64,000 nt of DNA from Eledone cirrhosa. Its lineage: Eukaryota. The position numbers were made by a program, and so were the translations under genes. The notes beneath the pieces are model-generated. The model was not told the origin of the DNA. It saw only the letters and a list, made by a program, of their open reading frames with translations, and made no database searches. This document shows, one piece after another, positions 1 to 14,120 of the stretch; the stretch's first letter is position 1; the number at the start of each line of letters is the position of its first letter. The stretch covers positions 275,094,001-275,158,000 of the forward strand of contig OZ024740.1 of NCBI GenBank assembly GCA_964016885.1, given 5' to 3'.

Positions 1-274
1 GGGATAGAATGTAGTGTACGGGAGAGGAGACTGAGGTGGGATGGACATGTGATGCGCATGGAGGATGAGCGATGGGTGAAGAAGTTCCAGGAAATGCCAG
101 TTGAAGGAAGACGTGCTTGAGGTAGACCACAAAAAACATGGGCGGAGGTGGTGAGAACAGACCTCAGATCGCTGAAGCTCACGGTGGAGATGACGAAGGA
201 CCGTGACAAGTGGAGAGATGCTGTGCTGAATAAGACCTGTCCCACCCTTGCAAGCAGGGAAGAGCGGATGTAAA

Positions 275-309
<35 letters not shown>
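1..309 (+). mobile_element. 3' end of RTE LINE, family B (truncated by window edge)
   Basis: Translates to [39 protein letters not shown] (RTE C-terminal motif) with an in-frame stop; ends in a (TGA)n tail joined to (TA)n; near-identical to 14121-14420 (-) and 46191-46417 (-). Confidence 0.9.
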
Positions 310-334
310 ATATATATATACATATATGTGACAA

Positions 335-414
<80 letters not shown>

Positions 415-521
415 TGTATATATATATAATGTGTGTGTATGTATGTATATATATATATGTGTGTATATATATATATATGTGTGTCTGTGTCTGAGTATAT
501 ATATATTTTTGTATATATATA

Positions 522-852
522 CGTGGTTAGAGCATTGGCCTTGCAATTGAAAGGTTGTGAGTTCAATTCTCAGACCGGGTGATGTGTTGTTTCCTTGAGC
601 AAGACAATTTATTTTCACATTGCTCCAGTTTACTCAGCTGTAGAAATGAGATGATAGGGACTGGGGTCCCTATCATTCCACTGCAAAGTGGTCGTGGAGG
701 TGCCACGGCAAAAAAGCACCCAGCACTCACTGTAAATGAGGTTGGTTTTAGGAAGGGCATCCAGCTGTAGAAATTAAGCCAGAATCAGTTCCCGTCCCAC
801 CCTTGCAAGCAAGGAAAAAGCAGACGTAAAATGAAATGATGATGATGATGAT
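522..852 (+). mobile_element. tRNA-derived CORE-type SINE with RTE-A UTR segment and RTE-B tail
   Basis: A-box-like TGGTTAGAGC, B-box-like GAGTTCAATTC, CORE-like CCTTGAGCAAGACA..CTGTAGAAATGAG, RTE-A 3'UTR segment, tail CCCGTCCCACCCTTGCAAGCA..(TGA)n; copies at 25575-25914 and 39613-40022. Confidence 0.85.
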
Positions 853-853
853 G

Positions 854-887
<34 letters not shown>

Positions 888-1139
888 TTATGGTAAAGAT
901 TTGTATGTATAGATCTTTTTTTCATGGAAAAAGAGGTGCTTGCAAAAATGCCAGTCTCGTTGCTCTTGGTAATCAAAACAGAGTTTTAAAATATGAAATA
1001 ATTTTCTATTCATACTGTTATTTATATGACTTAATTTCTGAGAGAAAGCCATTCTGTCATTAGATTTTAATGATAGACTCTTATGACGAAATTATAGTGA
1101 ATCTCGAGATTTCTTTCCAATTTGTATAGTAGTTATATC

Positions 1140-3433
<2,294 letters not shown>

Positions 3434-4205
3434 TGTATATTCATAATTCAAACAGAATATATGGAAGGGGTATTTATTCTATAGTGAAAAGCTCAAAATA
3501 AATTTCACTTGCTGTAAAATTGTGGTAATTTTTTTGTCCTATAAATAAACTTTTCATTTATTTGCTAGCAAATTTTTGCAGGGGTTGTATTCTTTTTTCT
3601 TTGTTTTAAAACAATTTTTTGGCTTTGCTTTGGATTTTGTTTTCATTTTTCATTTTGGTTACCGTTATTTTTTTTTTCTCCTAACATAAACAACAAGAAC
3701 ACCAACGAATAAGAAAGAAAAAATACTTTCAAATAATTTGTATAATTAGAGAACACAACACACATGCACATTTAGTAACACACATTCATAAATTTGTCTA
3801 TGCATGTACATAAAAGAAAAACAATGAAACATCTCTCACTCATCTCTTTTCATCTACATATATGTCTGTGTATAGTTCTTATTACATTATGTTTCATGAA
3901 GTTGCTAAGAAATAGATGATTTGTGTGACTAATGATGTACATGTATACACATTCATGCATGCATCCATACATACATGTAAGCATGCATACATGCATACAT
4001 GCACACAAACCTACTCACATGAATATATAGACGTATATATAGACATATACACACTGAGTTGGAAATTCATCAGTTCAATTGTATATGTGGATATACATAA
4101 TATTCGAACATACATCAATATAGAGTGGTAAAATATTGTTACCTATCTTTGTGAACATGGTAAAGTATAGATATATACCCACTATGTTCACACTGCATAT
4201 GAATA

Positions 4206-4305
4206 CAGGATGTCCCCCAAAAGTGTATACACAAATGCTGTGTATTCTAATAAATATTTCCTGAACACATAATCAAAATGTGTATACATTTTTTGGGACA
4301 CCCTA
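4206..4305. mobile_element. 100-bp Tc1/mariner-type MITE
   Basis: Imperfect ~27-bp TIRs CAGGATGTCCCCCAAAAGTGTATACACA / TGTGTATACATTTTTTGGGACACCCTA flanked by TA. Confidence 0.7.
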
Positions 4306-4326
4306 TATAAATAAATATATATACTC

Positions 4327-4575
4327 GTGTAGGTGTCACGAAAAAAAAAACACACAGTCCACGCTGTAATGTGACTGTGTAGGCAACACGGTAAAAACGT
4401 CCCAGACCCACACTGTAAATGTGGTTGGTGTTAGGAAGGGCATCCAACTGTAGAAAACCCGCCAGACAGTCCTATGCGAGCAAGACAACCACTCTTGCCT
4501 CAAGTGGGAAAACTCCCGTCCAAACCCATGCAAGCATGGAACACGGACGTTAAACGATGATGATGATGATGATGA
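4327..4575 (+). mobile_element. RTE LINE family C, 3'UTR fragment
   Basis: Reverse complement of 18823-19065; (TGA)n tail. Confidence 0.85.
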
Positions 4576-4667
4576 CTCACTCACATACACCTAAACATCT
4601 CTCCTCCACTGGATAACTGAATTTTACACACACGTTAACATTTGTAAATATACACATATATTTGACC

Positions 4668-4935
4668 TATGGCAGTTCTGATAACAAAAGTTCCAATTGT
4701 GGGAACAATGAAACAGTTAGCTCATGAAATTGAGGTGCAAGTGGCTAATCATTTCACTGACAGATGTACCTTTAACATATTTCTCAGGGAGATTCAGCAT
4801 GACAATGTCACAAAGCTAGCCCTTTTAATTACACGTACAACTCATTTTTGCTAGCTGAGTAGAGAAGTGCAATGTGAAATATAGTATATTTTTCAAAGAC
4901 GCCATAGATTGCTAAGAATTGAATTCACTAAGAAC
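4668..4935 (-). mobile_element. Decayed CORE-type SINE (second body type)
   Basis: Aligns by eye with 31265-31590 (TCTCAGGGAGATTCAGCATGACA..GTACAACTCATTTTTG..GCAATGTGAAATA). Confidence 0.7.
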
Positions 4936-5081
4936 TCCAATATATTTTGTGGTACTTATATTTTTCTACTGAGCAAAATAGGAAAAAGTTGACTAAGGTT
5001 AAATAGTGATATATGAGCTTCAAGGAAATAACATTTTATTTTGTTCAAGGTACCTAATCCGATATCACATGCTAATATATA

Positions 5082-5434
5082 TCATCATCATCATCATCAT
5101 CATTGTTTAACGTCCATATTCCACGCTTGCATGGGTTTGGACGGGAGTTTTCCCACTTGAGGCAAGAGTGGTTGTCTTGCTCGCATAGGACTGTCTGGCT
5201 GGTTTTCTACGGCTGGATGCCCTTCCTAACACCAACCACATTTACAGTGTGGTACTGGGAGGTTTTTACTATGTTACCTACACGGCCACATTACAGCGTG
5301 GACTGTGTGTTTTTTTGTCGTGACATCTACACAACCTCATTTGTTTCGGCCTGGATGTTGTGGTACCAACATAACTTTACATTGAAAGGGGTGGTGTGGA
5401 TGGGTTGTGGATAGTGGGACGGGGTGTATTTTGT
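5082..5434 (-). mobile_element. RTE LINE family C, 3'UTR fragment
   Basis: Closely similar to 18823-19167; (TCA)n tail on the left, TA run on the right. Confidence 0.85.
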
Positions 5435-5608
5435 TATATATATATTATAAATGAATATATATTAAGACCTCCATGGGGCTTGAACTCCTGCTGTAATTGG
5501 ATTTGATCTCATATCACAAAGAGTTGAAACCCAAAGTATTCTGCTCAACTTTCTGTGAACTCAGCATTTTTACCACTTCATTTTATGTATACACACACAC
5601 ACACACAT

Positions 5609-5649
<41 letters not shown>

Positions 5650-6025
5650 GCATATGTTTTACATTGAATGTGTGTATCTTTACAATAAATAAAATGTGAC
5701 TATGTGTATTATCTGTGTCTGTAAGCCAATGGAGTCATGCCTCCTTCCTGTGGATCTACTAAATTCTTAACTGGTCACCAGGTGGTTATTTGGTATTTAA
5801 CAGAATGAACAAATCAACAGATGGTGAACATCACTATAGATTTTATCCCCTCTTTCTCTAAAGATACATAAATAGACAATAACTTCTAATCTATGAAAAT
5901 AAAATAGAAATTGGGAAACAAATAAAACATGAAAATGTCATAACACAGATAGATATTTATATGTACATAAAATGAAAACAAGTATCTAAGTACCTAACAC
6001 AAAAACTACCTATCTGAGTATATTT

Positions 6026-6070
<45 letters not shown>

Positions 6071-9000
6071 TATATATACTTTTGTTATTTTCCTTGTAAA
6101 ATTGTTAGAAACCAAAATGTCTAAAAAGGTAAATACTGTCCCCTCCTGCCTGACCAAAAAGATGAGTGAGAAAAGTCCACAAAAAAGAAGAAAATAAACT
6201 AGATTTAGTAATAACATTCCTAATAATGATACTAAAAATAAAAACAAAACATATTACACTGCATGACTATAAACAAAAAATTGTTTCCATATGGAGGTAA
6301 ATGTTGAGGACATTAATAATGTTGATGATCCAGAGGATCGTTGTTAGAATGGTATTCAGGGGATTAGGGTAGAGGAAATAATGTTTTGTTTTTGCTTTGG
6401 CCTTCTCACACTACAAAATATATTTATTTTTTTGTAATTTTGTCGTGGAAGAAGGGTTAAGGCTGTTATGATCAGAATTACAAATGCAAACACTCAAGAA
6501 ATAAAAAAAAAAAACCTCCTCAAATCTGCCAAACACATTGGAAACCGGGAAAATGACATCTGACTTCCATATTGAAAACTGCCTTCTTATACAGAAGTAA
6601 ACAAGTCACTCAGCCCCCCCCCCCTCACACACACACATACACACATATATATATATATACAAACAAACGCACATACACACACACACATTGTTGTTTTACC
6701 AGTTAGTCTCTTGCAAAGATTTTGACATTTTAATGCTCCCAATCACACAACTGCAACACCAGACATATATATTACTGTGAAAAATCTGAAATGGTACGTA
6801 GTTTCATTTTGCCTGAGTAACCTTCTCCTTTGCCTGGATGCCTGGGATATTCATAATAACCCGAATTAGACTCATGCAAAATAGTTGCAGCAGTGTGTAA
6901 CATCCATTGTATAACAAGATATATATTATATGTGTGTGTGTAAATGTATATATGCATAAATGTGATTGTGTGTATCAATATACACACCCACATATATGTG
7001 TGTGTTTTTGTGTTTATATAGATATCTTTATGCATATATATATACATATATACATATATGTATATATATATGTGTGTACATAAATATATATATATGTACA
7101 TATATATATATATATATATTTGTACATAAATATATATATATATATATATATAAATACATACATATATATATATATATTTGTACATAAATATATATATATA
7201 TATATATAAATACATACATATATATATATATATATTTGTACATAAATATATATGTACATAAATATATATATATAAATACATACATATATATATATTAATA
7301 AATCTTTATATATATATATATATGTATGTATGTATGAACATATATAGTTTTCTTTCAGGTGCATATAATTGCATATCCCTCCATTTTCTGCTCCAGGAAA
7401 TAAATCTCTTAGGCTTTTAGCCATTCTCAGTATATGAGTTGGTCAAGAAATGCACTTTGTTATGTGCAAGTACAGTAAATCCCCTTCCAGTTTCTGATGA
7501 GCTTAGCCATATCTTGAAGAAATATTCCAGTCATAATAAATCATTCTGTCTCTACCCAACACATACACAAGCACACAGAAAAAAATGCATGCACACATAC
7601 ATATGTACTGTAACAACGTAAATGAAAAATTAAAGTTCTTGAATTGTGAATAGGATTATGCTAATGCACTTGTTAAGTAGGTCTGCAGTTTTGATTCTCA
7701 CTAAATTTATTTTTCCTTTTTCTACGTATATGTTCTCTCTATCTCTCTCATTCTTGTGTGTGTGTATGCATATATATGTTTATATGTAAGTGTGTCTTTG
7801 CTTTATCTACATATTCTTTTTTCTATATATTAGAATGAGGGAGATGATTATTGCAAAATTTAAACATTTGTGTCTGGTTGGAATATTTGTATTTATAATA
7901 AGAAAACTTTATCTGTAGACATTAATATTTTTGTATACCAGTACTGAGTTCATTGCGTTTGCCTAAAAAAATTCACTCTTCAAAAATAATTTTTTTAATG
8001 GTAGGACTGGTTATTATTCTGAAAGTTCAATACCAATGGATTTTGATTTAGGCTCAAGGCCAACAGGGGTAGGTCAATTAAATCAACTCCAGTGCGTTAC
8101 TGCTACTTGATTTTATTGACCCTGTAAGAATGAAAGGCAAAGTAGTAGTGCTGGTGCCATGACAGAAGCACACAGTAAGAAGGTTGTTGTAGTGCATGTC
8201 AAAAGCACCCAATAAATCCCATGAGTTGGTAGTTCGGCTGCCACAAAAAAAGCTTCCGGTCCATGATGTAAAGTGGTTGACCTTAGAAAAGGCATCCTCT
8301 AGTAAAAAATGCTAGCCTAAATGTACGTAGCATATTATCAGGATGTGGTCACCTGACCTCTCTAATCTCATAGTATGGCAGTCACTTTAACCCATACAAA
8401 CATGGAAAATAGATGTTAATCAATGATGCTAATAATGATGGTCTTCTTTACACTTTCAGACACTTACGCAATTTGGTATGCTGTGGGAACCTCTTACACA
8501 TACATGTTTATGCCTATTTACATATGTGATTATGTATGCACATGTATATATGTTTCACACATATGCACACACACATGGGAAATTGTGCACATGCCTATTT
8601 TTGCATATTTTATGTAAATTGAATTGTATATTAGTGGTTCTACTATTATTGTTTATTACTAGCATTACTTGTAGACATTCCATGATGAGTTTGAAAGCTA
8701 TGTTTTTCTTATCAGAGGAAAGAGCATTTAACTAGATTTGCACTAACAGTCCTGGTTGCTGAAGTAAATTAGCTACCCCACTGAGTTTTGTAGTCTGAAA
8801 AGAAGAATACATTAATAATATGCATATCATAAATAATTTGAAATATTTATCATTAAATTATTCTAAGTGTTATAATATAAATGAAACATTGTGAGATATG
8901 TAATTAAGAAATTATTGGGGAAACCAAGTCACCAACCTGTACCACATACACCAACGATACATACACATTTCTTAACTATCCTATCAACAATGTAATGTGC

Positions 9001-9965
9001 ATGAGATTGTATGTGGTCACCTGCAGAAAATATGTAATAGCTCATATATTAGGCACACTATTAATAAGCTACACATGAATCAAGGAACACATGACCATGA
9101 GTAACTTCTCTGTCAAAAACACCTAAAAAAATTCATACTCGAGATACTGAGGTTACCATAGGAATGTGGGTAATTTGCAGATAAAATGGCTCCTCTTAGA
9201 AACAGCCAAAAACCAAACATTAACAACAAATCTGAGCTACATAGAGCCATATGGCTGTTGTGGCCAGTTTATACACATCACATTTCCACCAACTGTCAAT
9301 AGGATTATCTATTAAGAAAAGACATTCTGAGCTTTCTACATTCGTCATTTGGAAGAAAATGTAATTACTTTGAAATATAATAAAATATATGAAGTAAAAA
9401 TTATTGCTTTATTTTTACACTTATTTTACTGTACTTATACTAGTTTTCCCAATACTTTCTTAACCATTAGTAGTATTTTGCTGTATGTATCACTTATGGA
9501 ATGCCATCAAAGATCTAATTTATTATAGGTACAACGTTCATATTATTTGTATGAGTACTCTTTCACCTGTTTGTATAGCTGCATTGACATCATGAACTTA
9601 AATCACAATCTCTATTCCTTTCACCAGAAACCATTTCCCCTACACACCACACATCTGCACACGTACTCACTAGTATGCCCTGAAAACATATGCCCTTGTA
9701 ACACTTTATAATAAGAACATGCATGTCTACACACACACAAAAACATAAAAATCTTACCTAATTAATCACACACTCGAATAAGATACAAACACAAACACAG
9801 ACATCATTCACCCATATACATGATTAACAAAGAGCATGCTCACATTCAGTAGAAAAATGGCACAAAACCATTCCACTTTATCAGGGAAAATATCCTTACA
9901 ACCCTGTTGTCGTTGTGTCATTTCTTTCTGTTCAATCATCCATCTCCACTCCAGTTTAAAAAAAT

Positions 9966-10135
9966 ATCATCATCAATATCATTATCACTGTTTAACATCT
10001 ATATTCCATGCTTGCATGGGTTAGATGGCTTGACACATGAGACATGATGGATAAAGTGACTGTGTCTTGCTCATATGGAACACTTTGGGCTTGTTTCTAT
10101 AGCTGGAAGCCCTTTGTATTTCCAACCACACTACA
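9966..10135 (-). mobile_element. Old RTE-type 3' end
   Basis: Degenerate (CAT)n..TTTAACATC..CCATGCTTGCATGGGTTAGA..TTCTATAGCTGG, homologous to RTE A/C tails. Confidence 0.7.
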
Positions 10136-11110
10136 GTGTGGACTGAGGGATTTTTATCATGGCATGAATATGACTATGTGTGGACTGGGTGATTTTATTC
10201 ATGGCATGAATATGACTATGTGTGGACTGGGTGATTTTATTCATGGCATGAATATGACTATGTGTGGACTGGGTGATTTTTATCATGGCATCAATATGAC
10301 TATGTGTGGTCTGGGTGATTTTTATCATGGCATGTATATGACTGTGTGTGGACTGGATGATTTTTATCATGGCATGAATATGACTATGTGTGGACTGGGG
10401 GATTTTTATCATGGCATGTATATGACTATCTGACAGTGTGGACTGCGTGATTTTTATCATGGCATGAATATGACTATGTGTGGACTGGGTGATTTTTATC
10501 ATGGCATGTATATGACTATGTGTGGACTGGGTGATTTTTATCATGGCATGAATATGACTATGTGTGGACTGGGGGATTTTTATCATGGCATGAATATGAC
10601 TATGTGTGGACTGGGGGATTTTTATCATGGCATGAATATGACTATGTGTGGACTGGGGGATTTTTATCATGGCATGAATATGACTGTGTGTGGTCTGGGG
10701 GATTTTTATCATGGCATGTATATGACTATCTGACAGTGTGGACTGGGTGATTTTTATCATGGCATGAATCTGCCTATGTGTGGACTCGGTGATTTTTATC
10801 ATGGCATGTATATGACTATCTGACAGCGTGGATTGGGTGATTTTATTCATGGCATGAATATGACTATGTGTGGACTGGCGGATTTTTATCATGGCATGAA
10901 TATGACTATGTGTGAACTGGGTGATTTTTATCGTGGCATGAATATGACTATGTGTGGTCTGGGTGATTTTTATCATGGCATGAATATGACTATGTGTGAA
11001 CTGGGTGATTTTTATCATGGCATGAATATGACTATATGTGGACTGGGTGATTTTTCATTTGGCATGAATATGACTATCTGACAGTGTGGGCTGTGTGATT
11101 TTTCATTTGG
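10131..11110. repeat. 42-bp minisatellite (~22 units, some 48-bp variants)
   Basis: Unit GTGTGGACTGGGTGATTTTTATCATGGCATGAATATGACTAT; 14-aa periodicity in the ORF track; CTGACA-insert variants near 10430, 10730, 10820 and 11078. Confidence 0.95.
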
Positions 11111-11463
11111 CACCAATCAGTGTCAAATAATTTTCAATACTATCTTCTTCTGTCATGTTTTCTATGCTGAGAGAGAGAGAGAGTTAGAAAGAGAGAGAGA
11201 GAGTCTGTGAGTACACATCCAAGTTGTCTCAGTGGATACAATTGTATCTTTCAAAATGCCTGTTTGTATGGAATTCCCTTTTAGCTATATAACTATATAC
11301 CATTGTCACAGCAATAATTGTATAATATACTTATGTGTGTTAAGTACACACAGTATGCATTTATACTTTAAATACACACATACACACAGACTCTCTCTCT
11401 CTCTCTCTCACTCTCCCCCGTCTATCTATCTATCTATATATATACACACACACACATATAAAT

Positions 11464-11548
<85 letters not shown>

Positions 11549-11594
11549 CATATACAAACATATATATAATATGTATATATATATATATATATAG

Positions 11595-11625
<31 letters not shown>

Positions 11626-11645
11626 TACATATACACACACACATA

Positions 11646-11681
<36 letters not shown>

Positions 11682-11688
11682 TATATAC

Positions 11689-11721
<33 letters not shown>

Positions 11722-11759
11722 ATATGTATATATATATATATATATAAATACATATATAT

Positions 11760-12890
11760 GTAAACAGATCCCCTCAGGGAAATGGCCTTGCTCAGTATGT
11801 AGGAAAGGTGTAGGTAGGAACTCCATTCTCTGCCCCAAATGCAAACAATGGGTACACAAGAGATGTAGCAGGATCTCAGGAAGCTTAATTAAGAATGTAG
11901 GCTTCACATGTAGCAGCTGTGCTGGGACAGCAAGCAGCAAACAACCACAGGAAACAAGTACCACCAATCTCTGGGAGGGCTCTGTAGAAACAGTAGACAG
12001 CTTCTGCTACCTAGGTGACCGAATTAGCAGCGGAGGTGGGTGTTCGGAAAGTACAATAACTAGGGTAAGAACGGGATGGAAGAAGTTCAGGGAGCTACTG
12101 CCACTGCTAGCTGCAAAAGGTTTCTCCCTCAAAATGAAAGGCAGAATGTATGATGCGTGTATCCGAACAGCAATGTTACATGGTAGTGAGACCTGGGCGC
12201 TGAAGGTGGAAGACTTACGTAGATTAGAAAGAAACGAAGCCTGCATGCTCCGATGGATGTGTAATAGTAATATACGCGAACGGCAAAGCATAAATGAATT
12301 GAGAGAGAGACTGAGCATAAGAGGAATCAAATGATGTGTGCAGGAGAGGCGGTTCCGTTGGTATGGACATGTAATGCGTATGAAGGATTGCAGATGCATA
12401 AAAAGGTGCAGAGCACTAGAAGTCAATTGAAACCGCGGAGTGGGGAGACCCAAGAAGACCTGGGATGAGGTGATAAAAGCCGACCTTACACAATTACACC
12501 TCTCAGAAGCGATGACACACGACCGTGACCTCTGGCATCACACAGTAATACAGAGTACCCGACCTCCCATGGGTACAAGCCGAAGCTGAAGCATATAGAC
12601 AATATGCCCAACACCCTCCCACTGCAAAGTGGTCATGGAGGTGCCACGGCAAAAAAGCACCCAGCCCACACTGTAAAGTGGACGTGTAAGCACCATGGAA
12701 AAAAGCACCCAGCACTCACTGTAAATGAGGTTGGTATTAGGAAGGGCATCCAGCTGTAGAAATCAAGCCAAAATCAGTTCCTGTATGAGCAAGGCATGGA
12801 CAGCCGACCAGACACTGCCCACAACAGGACAACCCATCTAACCCATGCTAGCGTGGAAGAACGGACGTAAAATGGTGATGATGATGATAA
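11760..12890 (+). mobile_element. RTE LINE family A, 5'-truncated and disabled
   Basis: Encodes PHD-like finger, FCYLGD and MLHGSETWAL; stop codons near 12332 and 12428; 3'UTR with internal repeats; (TGA)n tail; flanked by TA runs. Confidence 0.92.
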
Positions 12891-13103
12891 TATATACATA
12901 TATATATATATATATACATATATATACATATATATATACATATATATATACATATATAGGAGGTGAGTTTTATTGTAGAACAATAAAGCAATGCAAATAT
13001 CGGATTAGAGCACTCAACAGTTATTGGACTGGAGTATATATAAGTTGAGTAGACACCACCTTGTTCACAAGTGGTTTTTTTTAGGCATCATATCATGTCT
13101 CCC

Positions 13104-13174
13104 TATTTTATCTGATGAGAACGCAAATATCGTCCCACGATGATATTTGTTTTTGAAATGCGCATAATAAAATA
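13104..13174 (+). ncRNA. Type I minimal hammerhead ribozyme motif
   Basis: Stem I TATTTTAT/ATAAAATA (8 bp), core CTGATGA (13112-13118), ~13-bp stem II GAACGCAAATATC/GATATTTGTTTTT, GAAA (13155-13158), palindromic TGCGCA stem III, AUA triplet with predicted cut after 13166. Confidence 0.8.
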
Positions 13175-13215
13175 CATGGAACCTTTTTAACTATTTTTAA
13201 TTTCTTCTCATATAT

Positions 13216-13271
<56 letters not shown>

Positions 13272-13301
13272 ACATATATATACACACACATATATATATA
13301 A

Positions 13302-14057
13302 TCTATATATATAAAACTGAGGATGTCTCTCTGTGTGTGTGAGTTTGAATCCCTGAAACTCGAGAACCACTCTACCGACTGTTTTCAAACTTTACACATG
13401 TAATACTTATGTATCAGGGAGTGTTCTGAGCTAAGAAAATTTCAAATTTTCAATGCCCTAGGAACTGCATTAGGCGATTTAGCGATCTCTCTCTATAATT
13501 CTTAGTCTTTCTCTTTTTAGATAGATATATACATATAACGTCGTGCCCTTATAATATCTGTCTGTATGTCTGGCTGTCTGCATTACGTCACTTCCCTGAG
13601 GATATCTGTCTGTGTGTCTGTGAGTTTGAATCCCTAAAACTCGAGAAACACCCAACCGATTTTTTTTAAACTTTACATGTGTATTACTTATGTTTCAGGG
13701 AGTGATATGTACATAAAATGGAACATGTTTATCTCCTAGGGCCTGCATTAGATGAAAGACTGCGATTTTTAATCATTTTAGGCGTTTTTTAATCATTTGA
13801 GGCGTTACGTCAGACCGATTTCCTTGAAATTGTAACTATGTATTAGCCAGCCTCTTGTTCATACTGTGAGCAATGAATATCTAACTTTTTATGGGCTAGG
13901 GTCTGCATTAAGTGAAAAGCTTCTTAAAGATTATCCAGCCATCAGAGTTTATTTTCTTTACATATTGTCCAGGCATGCCGTTTTTCCACGATTACGTCTG
14001 TTGGCGGCCCGCATTCCAAAATACTTTATCCCGTGCGACGCCGGGTACCACTGCTAG
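13302..14057 (+). mobile_element. Non-autonomous Helitron
   Basis: 5' TCTATATATATAAAA, GC hairpin CCCGTGCGACGCCGGG (14030-14045), CTAG end (14054-14057), internal diverged repeat containing the ACCGATTTT..AAACTTT motif. Confidence 0.8.
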
Positions 14058-14120
14058 AATATATATATATATATATACATATAATATAAATACATATAAT
14101 ATATAATATATAATATATAT

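Noticed and set aside
6790-6890. Minus-strand long hairpin followed by GAAACTACGTA
   Set aside because: No CUGANGA core at the required position; cannot support a ribozyme call
7494-7530. CTGATGA followed by GAAA
   Set aside because: No stem I or stem II pairing; chance match to the hammerhead core
10131-11018. 295-aa His-rich repetitive ORF, or a CRISPR-like array
   Set aside because: The 42-bp unit is a multiple of 3 and keeps frames open by chance; there are no unique spacers or cas genes; the array derives from a LINE UTR
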